Both the position numbers and the translations under genes were made by a program. Below, one piece after another: positions 27,792 to 36,845 of a DNA stretch of 64,000 nucleotides. How positions within the stretch are numbered: position 1 is the stretch's first letter; every line of letters starts with the position of its first letter. The DNA is taken from positions 186,001-250,000 of the IMG/VR virus record IMGVR_UViG_3300009158_000031; one strand, given 5' to 3'. The notes under the pieces were generated by a model. It did no database searches. It was not told the DNA's origin and was given only the letters and a program-made list of their open reading frames with translations.

Positions 27792-28046
27792 ATGCAAATC
27801 AATCAAATTAAAACCGGTTCCTTTATTCGTAACAGCGGTGGATTTACCTTCCACGTAACACTTACCGAGAAGTTCGCTCACCTTCACCCTATCGATGATA
27901 ACACATCTACCTCAACGAAGGTACTACCTATAGCGGTATTCAATCAGTTAATTCGTAATCACAACTTCGTTACCGTTACCAATCCCAATAACGCACACGA
28001 AAGAATTCTTACTAAATCATATGGATCAAGATTATTAACACAATAA
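27792..28046 (+). CDS. Hypothetical early protein
   Basis: Start moved to ATG 27792, downstream of promoter. Confidence 0.55.
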   Translation: MQINQIKTGSFIRNSGGFTFHVTLTEKFAHLHPIDDNTSTSTKVLPIAVFNQLIRNHNFVTVTNPNNAHERILTKSYGSRLLTQ

Positions 28047-28108
28047 TGTTAATAACTTTCCCATCAAACATTTTTTTATACCAAAAAAAAGTATTATATT
28101 TATACTAT
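28047..28108 (+). promoter_or_regulatory. Early-type promoter with DnaA-box-like element
   Basis: TGTTAATAACTTT...TATTATATTTATACTAT; inverted copy TTATTAACA at 28032. Confidence 0.75.
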
Positions 28109-28142
28109 ATTTAAAAATCAAATAAAACAAAAAAAATCAATT

Positions 28143-28460
28143 ATGGCAAAATCATCTAGAGGCGGATTAACAGTTTACGATAAACAAGATGTGGTAATAT
28201 CACAATTCGCAAAAATCGTACGTAACGAACAATACAGAAAAGAACCAACATGGTTCGAACAACAGGTAATCGATTCTAAACAACGTACTGCGGATTATCA
28301 AAAACGTATGGTGAACAACCCACCTCAACCCCGTATCTCACACTATAATCCAGACAATATCTTAAATCGCACCAGACACTTATCTGCGGAAGATCGTAAA
28401 ATCGCAATCAAACAATTTCTTAAAGAAGAAAAGGCTGCTAATAATTTAATCAATCAGTAA
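28143..28460 (+). CDS. Hypothetical early protein
   Basis: First ORF after promoter. Confidence 0.6.
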   Translation: MAKSSRGGLTVYDKQDVVISQFAKIVRNEQYRKEPTWFEQQVIDSKQRTADYQKRMVNNPPQPRISHYNPDNILNRTRHLSAEDRKIAIKQFLKEEKAANNLINQ

Positions 28461-28480
28461 TCTCTAAATAAAAAAAACAT

Positions 28481-28804
28481 ATGTCAGCAAGACCACACTC
28501 CCTAAATGATGAATTACCTTCTAATCCAAATATTAGAAGAGATCAATACAAACGTATACTTGGTATTCTTAAAATACATCGTGATCGTCCTCAATTAGCT
28601 TTCGATCTTATAAGAGATTACGCTAAAGGTGTAGATAAGGTGAAAACCGTTTTCCTATACCCCAATGGTACTGGTGATATCCCAACCGAAATTCGAGTAG
28701 TTTCTGAAGGTTCACATACCGAATCTATGGCTACACAAATCATGACTACCGTTTATTCATTTCCTTTCGAACGTCCTGAAATCGTTGAACCACCCGTATT
28801 GTAG
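28481..28804 (+). CDS. Hypothetical protein
   Basis: ORF in operon. Confidence 0.55.
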   Translation: MSARPHSLNDELPSNPNIRRDQYKRILGILKIHRDRPQLAFDLIRDYAKGVDKVKTVFLYPNGTGDIPTEIRVVSEGSHTESMATQIMTTVYSFPFERPEIVEPPVL

Positions 28805-28866
28805 AATACATATAATAATAAACCACTCCACTCTCACACAGACGGTGGACTAAAAACAACCAATCA

Positions 28867-29955
28867 ATGACAATATCTCAAAAGCAATTTAGTGACTTCC
28901 GAGAAGACGCACTAAAAAATCAACCACTCCGCAAGGAAATCGCACTAGCCGATATTCGTTTCGTCACTATGGATGCAATCGAATATGCCGGTTTAAACTT
29001 TGGACTTGCTCGTCCTGCACTTAAAGATCTAATGCGTATATTAGGTGTAAACATGAATATCGAATCTCGCTTATCTGAATCTATCGGTGAGGATGGTGCG
29101 AGGAACTTCCTTAATGGTCTAAGATCTGCACTATCTAAATCAGCCGGATCTATTATCTTATCGGTTACACCAGATCGCATCATTCAACGTATCACTAAAG
29201 GTGGAAAAGAAACTTCACTCTTTACTGCACCTACCTACTTCAATACAGTAGATCGCTTTATGAATACCAACTCCGGTATGGAAATAAAGGATATGCACTT
29301 CAATCGCGAAACAGGTGGAATATCGCTCTCTGCGGCTTCACCCAAATCAGAATTTAACGTGGGTAACTTTAACGATGAGGTTTTCCATGGAGGATTAAAT
29401 CTCTCTATCACTGCCGATGGAATTAAAGCCGCTCCTTATCTACACCGTCTAGTGTGTACGAACGGAATGGTAACACGTTCTTTCGAGGAATCCTTTAATC
29501 TTAATCGCAACACCACTGAAAGTTGGACTTCCTTCTGGCAGAATCTAGAAAGAATCGAACACTCTGGATTTCAACCCATCGCCTTTACCAACAAGGTACT
29601 CGCTGCGAAAAACACTACTGCTTCTTTCGCTGAGATGGAAAGATCAATGAACCTCATCCTAGGTAATTCAAAATGTGATCTAGACAATCTACCCCAATTC
29701 ATCAATTACCGTCCGACCTTCAATCGTCTACACTCTACAGGAATCGATACCCTGAAGTTAACACCAGGACAGAAACGCAATCTACGTACTGGCTTAACCA
29801 TGTGGGATTGCATTAATGGAGTTACCGATTTTGCCTCACACAATTATGGTTTTGAAAAAACAGCTAACTGTGATCGCCACTTACAGTTACAAGCTGGTGA
29901 TATCCTCACTAAGGACTTCGACACACAAAACCTAATCCTGAATCAACCTTACTAA
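28867..29955 (+). CDS. DUF932-like phage protein
   Basis: RLVCTNGM motif and C-terminal TMWDCINGVTDFASH. Confidence 0.6.
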   Translation: MTISQKQFSDFREDALKNQPLRKEIALADIRFVTMDAIEYAGLNFGLARPALKDLMRILGVNMNIESRLSESIGEDGARNFLNGLRSALSKSAGSIILSVTPDRIIQRITKGGKETSLFTAPTYFNTVDRFMNTNSGMEIKDMHFNRETGGISLSAASPKSEFNVGNFNDEVFHGGLNLSITADGIKAAPYLHRLVCTNGMVTRSFEESFNLNRNTTESWTSFWQNLERIEHSGFQPIAFTNKVLAAKNTTASFAEMERSMNLILGNSKCDLDNLPQFINYRPTFNRLHSTGIDTLKLTPGQKRNLRTGLTMWDCINGVTDFASHNYGFEKTANCDRHLQLQAGDILTKDFDTQNLILNQPY

Positions 29956-30006
29956 GAGTAAGGAACTGCGAGTGGAGAAAACCACTCTAATTTGATAATA
30001 CCACTA

Positions 30007-30032
30007 AGGCTGCTCACTAGAGTGGCCTTTTT
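30007..30032 (+). terminator. Intrinsic terminator
   Basis: AGGCTGCTC-ACTA-GAGTGGCCT then TTTT. Confidence 0.65.
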
Positions 30033-30424
30033 GTGGTTTACACAGCGAGACTGCCCTATTACTCACCTTTACCACCTAGAAGAGACTAGATACCTTCTAG
30101 TCTCACCTAATAAGGGCCTGTACAGATCTAGACCAGCAAAACAACATCCTACTAGATCTAGATCTTAACAAGAAGAGCCTAGATAGACTAGATGAGTACT
30201 AGCAGTGTACTAGTAGGATCTATTAAGGCTAGAAGCAGACTAGAAGAGCTCAATATATCCACATATAGGACAGAAGAGTGCTATAAAGACTCATATATAC
30301 TCATTATATCACCGATAGATCATCTAGAAGCCGCTGAGGTGAGCTATAGGGACTAGAAAGTCAAAAAAAGGTCACAAAAAGCCAAAAAGGATCACTTTTA
30401 GCCAAAAAGGATCAAAAAGGCCAC
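30017..30424. repeat. CTAG-rich and A-tract repeat region (candidate origin/packaging/terminus)
   Basis: 15 CTAG in about 340 bp, several 9-11 bp apart; GCCAAAAAGGATCA twice (30381, 30401). Confidence 0.6.
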
Positions 30425-30976
30425 ATGTGCTCCTCGTAATCCATGTCTTGTCCGCGTTAACGTCCCGTGGAAGTCCAGTCCTGGCTAGGGCCCATGAAAT
30501 TCCGGACATTTTTGACCCTCGAAACTTTGGGCCGGAAATAAGGCGACGCACATCCCACTCTATACGGAAAGCCCTTTCTGGTAACGCGAGTAAGAGAAGC
30601 CCAAAGGCCTTTTTAAAAAAATTTTCCAGACTATATAGGATCTCTCGAAACTCATTGACTAATATATAGAGTAGCCGGTGAGTCTTTTTAAACCTTTCTG
30701 ACTCTTTGTTTTGCTCGAAGGAGAAGGTACTGACAGAGTGAAGACGGCTACTTTGTTTACAGTAATCTGTTAATAGTAAACTCTTACCCGACGCAAACGA
30801 CGAGGGGCCATCCAGACTTCTCTGATGGTTTATTTCGCATCCCTCTTTTATACTCTCGGTATAAATTCGAGACCTCGATTGAACTGCCGATACCGCGACT
30901 CGCATCTGATAACCACGATAAATAAACCATATACTCGATCTTACCGGCGAATCGTGTAAGTCATATAAAAACTAAT

Positions 30977-31303
30977 ATGGAAATGAAAACTGTAATGTAC
31001 TGTTCAACTATTGAAGATGCACGAGAGTGTATTGAAGATGATACGACGATATTTCCGCTTCTCGAAAGAGCTCTGATTACCATGTGGAAGACAACCTCTC
31101 ACTCTGAGGAAGTTCTAGAAATCCGTTGTATGGATGTAGGTGCTTCTATGTGGGTAACTCTCCGTCGAAGTGAGTGTGATGAAGTATGGGAGAAGATCAT
31201 CACTTGGAGAAGTGGAAGAGAAGAGTGGGAAGAACTGACGGTACTTAAAGATATTCGAGATGAGTGGTTCAACTCTAAGAAGGTTGTGGAGCCAGTCCAT
31301 TGA
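30977..31303 (+). CDS. Hypothetical protein
   Basis: ORF after CATATAA motif; EEWE motif. Confidence 0.6.
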   Translation: MEMKTVMYCSTIEDARECIEDDTTIFPLLERALITMWKTTSHSEEVLEIRCMDVGASMWVTLRRSECDEVWEKIITWRSGREEWEELTVLKDIRDEWFNSKKVVEPVH

Positions 31304-31409
31304 AAAAAAAAAGCCCTCCAGCGTTCAAACTCTGAGTTTCAGGAATAAATAGAAATATAAACGAACAAAAAAGCGCGCAGCGGCTTCCACCTCTGAGTAC
31401 CAAGAATAA

Positions 31410-31787
31410 ATGAAATCAATACCTACATATCACGAATTCCTTAATGAGACCGTCTCATTTAATACCGATACTACTGGTCGTGAAGATTGGGATGATGATC
31501 TAAAGAAACATTCTAGAGATTTTACTCAATCTATAGTAATAATGAGTCCGATGGATTTCTTGAAGAGAGTTCAATATCACCGATTTGAGATTAATAAATC
31601 TAAAGTGGCTAATTATGTTAAAGAATTTCGTGGTAATGTCAAAGGAATTCCAGCACCAACCATGTGGTTCTCTGATAAGTTTCAATACGATAAAGGACTT
31701 GCTCCTGCTTTTCATGATGGATCTCATCGCATGCTAGCTCTACAAGAAGTAGGGATACGAGAAGTTCCGGTTAAAATTATATACTAA
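31410..31787 (+). CDS. ParB/Srx-like domain protein with N-terminal tag
   Basis: MKSIPTYHEFLNE; MSPMDFL...HDGSHRMLALQEVGIREVPV. Confidence 0.7.
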   Translation: MKSIPTYHEFLNETVSFNTDTTGREDWDDDLKKHSRDFTQSIVIMSPMDFLKRVQYHRFEINKSKVANYVKEFRGNVKGIPAPTMWFSDKFQYDKGLAPAFHDGSHRMLALQEVGIREVPVKIIY

Positions 31788-31788
31788 G

Positions 31789-32409
31789 ATGAAAAACATT
31801 CAAACATACGAAAGCTTCTTAAATGAACTTCGACATTCAAAAGAGTTTTTAATAGACCTATTTTCTAAAATGGATATTTTAGATAATGATGTATACAAAA
31901 ACATTTTAATCCATTACATTGAACAACCACAAAATTTAGAAAAACAAGAGTTCATTGATTTAGTTTCATGGTTGATCCAGAATAAAAACAAGTACAGTGA
32001 AGTACTAAAGCCTAAAAATGGATATGCATACAGAGGAACTTCAATAACTCCTGATATGTTTCATAAATTAAAAAATGGATTATCAAAAAAAGAAGGTGGT
32101 ATAAGCATATTTAACTTTCCTTATACCAGCGAATCAGAAGCACAAAGTTGGACATATGATTATAAAGTAGCAATGAGGTTTGCGGATAAAGGTCTTTTAA
32201 ATAACCCTAGATTAGAAAAAGGAGCTAGACCAGCTATTTTAAGAGCTAAGATAGATGATACATTTGTAGGTAATCCTAAGTTGACTGGTCCCATAGCTGA
32301 CCGATTAAGTCTGAAGTCCGAAAAGGAAATATTTCATTTAGGGAATTCTATAAAAGATGCTGAATGGATGATATTCTCAGCCGATATAGAATTAGGAAAA
32401 TTTAATTAG
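31789..32409 (+). CDS. ADP-ribosyltransferase-like protein with N-terminal tag
   Basis: MKNIQTYESFLNE; R-S-E pattern AYRG...QSWTYDYKVAMRFA...SEKEI. Confidence 0.6.
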   Translation: MKNIQTYESFLNELRHSKEFLIDLFSKMDILDNDVYKNILIHYIEQPQNLEKQEFIDLVSWLIQNKNKYSEVLKPKNGYAYRGTSITPDMFHKLKNGLSKKEGGISIFNFPYTSESEAQSWTYDYKVAMRFADKGLLNNPRLEKGARPAILRAKIDDTFVGNPKLTGPIADRLSLKSEKEIFHLGNSIKDAEWMIFSADIELGKFN

Positions 32410-32419
32410 TATAAAGACT

Positions 32420-32818
32420 ATGAAATCAATATCGACATATGATGAATTCTTAAATGAGTCTATTCGTGCAGAAGAGGCTTATCGAGATACAGGAGCTATT
32501 CAAACCGTCATTGATGGAAAGAGAGATATGGGATTCATTACCATCAAATCATCGGTTGATGTGAGCGAAAAAGAATTCTGGACATTGGTGAAGATACACG
32601 ATCTGAGTACCATTCACCTATCTGGAAATGAATATGATGCCTATATCTATTATCATAAAGGAGCCGAGCGAGGTGCCAGAGAGCTAGCGAAGATTGCTAA
32701 CAAATACGGTGGATATCTATCACATGAAGCGACTGAACGAGAATCTCGTCGAATAGGCGAACTTCTAGGTTACGATCGACGAGACATAGATGATTATATA
32801 AAGAAAAACTACAAATAA
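32420..32818 (+). CDS. Tagged hypothetical protein
   Basis: MKSISTYDEFLNE; IGELLGY motif. Confidence 0.65.
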   Translation: MKSISTYDEFLNESIRAEEAYRDTGAIQTVIDGKRDMGFITIKSSVDVSEKEFWTLVKIHDLSTIHLSGNEYDAYIYYHKGAERGARELAKIANKYGGYLSHEATERESRRIGELLGYDRRDIDDYIKKNYK

Positions 32819-32975
32819 TGGATAATGGAAAACGTAATCAATTAAAACCTGTGAGAATCGCTGATGTTAATAAGTTGGTGGCTAATGATCCGAGGATTCT
32901 TATTAAAGTTAATCATAAAGGTGGAAGTGGAGTTTCTCTTATGAACACTAATAAAATTAAAGACCGAAAATAAGA

Positions 32976-33680
32976 ATGAGAAAGATAGCCTTATATGAGC
33001 AATGGATAAATGAAATTGGTGATTCATCAGCCAAGCCATTCAAATGGAGTAGTCCTGTTATCGCTGTTAATATGAAGAGATGGATAGATGATTGTATCGA
33101 AGGAGCTGCAGACAAGAAGATGAGTGGAACTCAAGAAGATATTTACTATAAAACTAAAACATTTAGATATGAATTCCGATCGGATGTGACTAATACAAAT
33201 TATCATGTACACATCGGTGGATTTGTTGGTAGAAATATCTGGATTGCCTTTCAAGGAGAAAAACCTAAAGATTGGGTTGGATATCATATAATTGCCGGAT
33301 TAGGATTTGGTGTTGAAGGAGATTTCGATAAAACTACTAATCTTAATGAACAATTCCGAGTAATGGCAACCGTTACCGAATGTGCCATTGATTTTCTACA
33401 ACGATTCTTGGATGATGGACGAATCAAGATTGATAAATTTCACATGAAACCTAAGGCCGATCACGAAGAACAAAAAGGAATAGATTCTCGTCGAGCTAAA
33501 CTATATGCCCCTTATATTAAAGCCGCATTCCGCAAACTCAAAACGAAGAAGGATTATTACATAGATCAAGAGGCAGATGGATTCGTTCTTCATTTCGGAA
33601 AGGTCATAATGAACTCTCCTTATTCCACTTCAGTATTAGCATCAACCTTTGAAAATGAAGAATCCAATGAAATCAATTAA
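32976..33680 (+). CDS. Tagged hypothetical protein
   Basis: MRKIALYEQWINE; FRVMATV...RRAKLY motif. Confidence 0.65.
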   Translation: MRKIALYEQWINEIGDSSAKPFKWSSPVIAVNMKRWIDDCIEGAADKKMSGTQEDIYYKTKTFRYEFRSDVTNTNYHVHIGGFVGRNIWIAFQGEKPKDWVGYHIIAGLGFGVEGDFDKTTNLNEQFRVMATVTECAIDFLQRFLDDGRIKIDKFHMKPKADHEEQKGIDSRRAKLYAPYIKAAFRKLKTKKDYYIDQEADGFVLHFGKVIMNSPYSTSVLASTFENEESNEIN

Positions 33681-34737
33681 GCTATATGAAGCCTTCTTAA
33701 CAGAAGGAGGCTGGGCAACAACCAAAACACAAGGAACCGTTCTGACTCCAGCTGTTATCGCTGAGGTTGTGAAGGTTATGGATCTGATCAATACGGGATT
33801 CAATGGACATTTGAGAGAGCTTGAACTTCCCACTCTAGATATTCTAAAACCTATTGGCAGTGGAACTTGGTGGAGTGAAGATGTGACCGAACAACCAGAC
33901 AAAACTTATGGAGATGTCGATTACATGGTTGCCTATCCCACTTTGAAGCTCACTGCTGGTCGTGATAGAGAAGATGAGATTGCTACGGTGAAGCTATACA
34001 ATACCGAGCTGCTCATGTGGTTAGAGGAAGAAGGTATCACCGATGTAGATATTGATGAGACGAAGAAAATATCTTCGGATGTTTCTCTTAAGTTAATTGC
34101 GATCGTTCCCTTTAATGGAACTGATGCATATGTTCAGGTTGATATGGTTGTTACTCACAAAGAGTATAGTGATTGGGCAGTATTCCGTATGACTCCTATT
34201 CGTAACGTTAAAGGTTTTGTGCTAGGAAATCTCTACTCTTCATTTGGTGAAGTTCTAGATTTGTCTATTCAGGCAAGAGGAGTAAGAGCTAAATTTGAAG
34301 GTCAGGTTATGAAGCCTTATTCTAAACGAGCTAATGTTGAGGATCGCATCATCTCACAAAATGCTGAATCATTCATGACCGATATCGCTCGTTTCTTTTG
34401 GGAACAGAGCGGAACAGATATTCCATTCACCGCTACTCCTATCGAATCTTGGAAGGGAATGGATCGCAACTCTCCTCGATTCGAAGATCTAGCCGAAGGA
34501 ATTCGTCTGGTTGCCGAGACACTAGGTCAGCTAGACGAATTTGGAACTACTATTAAATACAAATCAGCTGCTGATCTACTAAATGCAGTGATTGCTCAAT
34601 ATACGAAGAAGATGATGGAAGCTTATAATTCTGCTAAATTTGATAAGGCAGAAACTCCAGCAGCAAAAGCCATTATCACTAAAGTTAGAGCAACCATTGA
34701 CGAATATATCAGTCTGGCTAAATCACTACTTACATAA
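33667..34737 (+). CDS. Pol-beta-superfamily nucleotidyltransferase with N-terminal tag
   Basis: Start moved to 33667 (MKSIKLYEAFLTE|GG); KPIGSG...YGDVDY...VQVDMV. Confidence 0.7.
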   Translation: MKSIKLYEAFLTEGGWATTKTQGTVLTPAVIAEVVKVMDLINTGFNGHLRELELPTLDILKPIGSGTWWSEDVTEQPDKTYGDVDYMVAYPTLKLTAGRDREDEIATVKLYNTELLMWLEEEGITDVDIDETKKISSDVSLKLIAIVPFNGTDAYVQVDMVVTHKEYSDWAVFRMTPIRNVKGFVLGNLYSSFGEVLDLSIQARGVRAKFEGQVMKPYSKRANVEDRIISQNAESFMTDIARFFWEQSGTDIPFTATPIESWKGMDRNSPRFEDLAEGIRLVAETLGQLDEFGTTIKYKSAADLLNAVIAQYTKKMMEAYNSAKFDKAETPAAKAIITKVRATIDEYISLAKSLLT

Positions 34738-34744
34738 AAGTAAT

Positions 34745-35119
34745 ATGTTATACTATTCACCAAAAATTGCAGTCGGAGAATCGACTGTAGCAGGCAGAGG
34801 TGTATTTGCCATAGCCGATATAGAGGCTGGAGAGGTACTTGAAGAGTGCCACTTCTTTTTACTAACTAATGGTAATCATTCAGCTATGGATGATACTTTA
34901 AAAGAGATGGTATTCGCATGGCCGGCATATAATGATGTTCATCAATTTGCTGTTGTACTAGGCAGTGGAACTGTTTATAATCATTCATATGAAAACAATG
35001 CAACCTGGGATACTGATGAAGCTAAATGCTGTTTCAGATTTTCTTCTACTCGAGACATAAAGGCCGGTGAAGAGATATTCACAAATTATAACCGAAGCGG
35101 AGGAAATCACTTTGATTGA
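34745..35119 (+). CDS. SET domain protein-lysine methyltransferase
   Basis: GRGVFAIADIEAGE...YNHSYENNA...RDIKAGEEIFTNY; start at 34745. Confidence 0.9.
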   Translation: MLYYSPKIAVGESTVAGRGVFAIADIEAGEVLEECHFFLLTNGNHSAMDDTLKEMVFAWPAYNDVHQFAVVLGSGTVYNHSYENNATWDTDEAKCCFRFSSTRDIKAGEEIFTNYNRSGGNHFD

Positions 35120-35145
35120 TAAATATAAAAACACACAAAAGCTAA

Positions 35146-36063
35146 ATGGCTAATTCAACATACACAGATCTTCAAGTTCTTATTCAACGAATAAGAGGTA
35201 AGCGAGTTCTTCTTCTTACAACATCTAATAGATGGAGTGGTGATGAAGGAGGAAAACCTAAATCTACTCAATTGGCTGAGTTAATAGCCAGATCTTTATA
35301 CGACGATTCAACGGATTCTACTCTTTGTAAAGTAATAGATATTCCATCTCTCAATATTCACAACTGTGAAGGTAATGTATCTTCCGGAAGTGGTAATGGT
35401 TGTGGAGTTAAGGCTGCTGCCCTAAAGGATACCACTAAAAATCCTACTGGTAATCTTCGTTGTTGGGCTTCTATTAATAATGCCGATGATGAGTTATGGA
35501 AAGTTAGTAATGCTATATTCGAATCAGATGTAGTCCTCTTCTTTGCTTCTACAAGATGGGGTCAGGCAAATGCATTCTATCAAAAACTTATCGAACGTCT
35601 AACTTGGTTAGAGAATCGTCACACTACTCTTGGTGAATCTAATCTACTAGGAAATATTGAAGCTGGTGGATTCTTCATTGGACACAATTGGAATGTAGAA
35701 GATGTAATGAATACTCAAAGAACGGTACTTCAGTATTTCGGATTTCAAGTTCCACCTCAACTTTTTCTTCACTGGCAATGGACTAATAGTGATACTAACG
35801 AAACTCAGAAAGGATATGAAGCTGATGCTAAAGACTTCAAAGAGGTTTGGAAAGTTGGAACATATCCTTTAGAGGAAAGTTTTAATCGTTGGTTGAATGA
35901 AGCTGGTTATGATGCTGGTTCTAGAAAACCTACTCCGGAAGAGGTTGAAATGTGCAAATCTCCAGAAGGATTTAATCAGATAAACCACTGCAAAGCTTTA
36001 GGACTTACTCCTCGTGAAGATGGAACCAAAGCCAAATCTAAAAAATATGGTGGTGACGCATAA
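35146..36063 (+). CDS. Flavodoxin-fold NADPH-dependent FMN reductase/Fe-S flavoprotein-like, with C-terminal tagged extension
   Basis: TTSNR, HNCEGNVS, RCWAS, ESDVVLF..STRWG...YQKLIERL; internal EESFNRWLNE. Confidence 0.7.
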   Translation: MANSTYTDLQVLIQRIRGKRVLLLTTSNRWSGDEGGKPKSTQLAELIARSLYDDSTDSTLCKVIDIPSLNIHNCEGNVSSGSGNGCGVKAAALKDTTKNPTGNLRCWASINNADDELWKVSNAIFESDVVLFFASTRWGQANAFYQKLIERLTWLENRHTTLGESNLLGNIEAGGFFIGHNWNVEDVMNTQRTVLQYFGFQVPPQLFLHWQWTNSDTNETQKGYEADAKDFKEVWKVGTYPLEESFNRWLNEAGYDAGSRKPTPEEVEMCKSPEGFNQINHCKALGLTPREDGTKAKSKKYGGDA

Positions 36064-36845
36064 TGAAACCGATAAAACTTTTTGAAGATTTTATTAATGA
36101 ATTCGATACAGGTAAAGTATTACTAGGTGATCCTTCTTTATTGGGTAGACCTAATAAATGGGAAGATCTCGGAATAGAGTTTGAACCTAATACTGCTGAC
36201 AAAACTCAATTAATACAATTGATAAAAGATTGGATTTTTAAAGTAAAGGCAGATCCAAAGATGGGACATATCCTTAAAGAATTGCTGCCCTTAAAAAAGA
36301 AGTTTCCGAAAATATTAGAACCATCTGAAGGTAGATCCGTCTATGAAGGTACTTCTCTTTATAGAGGAACTATAATACCATTTAAAGAAGTGTTATCACT
36401 AAAGGGTAAATGGAAACGTAACGACGCGGTTGATATTTTTGGTGGTAGCCTAAATCTCAGTACATCATATAATTGGGAAAGTATTAATAGAAAGGGATTC
36501 ACTTCGTTTACACCATCTATCGAAATAGCGGCCACTTTTGCAGGAAGCCTTAGTTCAGAAAATTATAACGAAATTGTAGCATCTAAAACGGTTGTTAAAA
36601 GATTATTAGATGGATCCATTGATGGTATGATTCCGATGATTATTAAAATTAAAGACACACATCCCTTAGCAATTATGAATCCGGTGTTTACTCAATCAAT
36701 TCACGAATTCATGAATGAATTTGAGGTATTTGTTGTTGGAAATAAAATCCGGGTTGATGAAGTTATAATTCCAGGATGGCATTACTACGAAAGAGATGCT
36801 AAAGAATTAGGAGTAGATCTTACAAAATATTTTAACATACAATGA
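36063..36845 (+). CDS. ADP-ribosyltransferase-like protein with N-terminal tag
   Basis: MKPIKLFEDFINE; LYRG...FTSFT..IEIAATFA...NEFEV. Confidence 0.55.
   Translation: MKPIKLFEDFINEFDTGKVLLGDPSLLGRPNKWEDLGIEFEPNTADKTQLIQLIKDWIFKVKADPKMGHILKELLPLKKKFPKILEPSEGRSVYEGTSLYRGTIIPFKEVLSLKGKWKRNDAVDIFGGSLNLSTSYNWESINRKGFTSFTPSIEIAATFAGSLSSENYNEIVASKTVVKRLLDGSIDGMIPMIIKIKDTHPLAIMNPVFTQSIHEFMNEFEVFVVGNKIRVDEVIIPGWHYYERDAKELGVDLTKYFNIQ

Noticed and set aside
30372-30905. ORFs 30372..30905 (-) and 30427..30669 (+)
   Set aside because: Atypical composition and no motifs; likely chance ORFs in a GC-richer non-coding region
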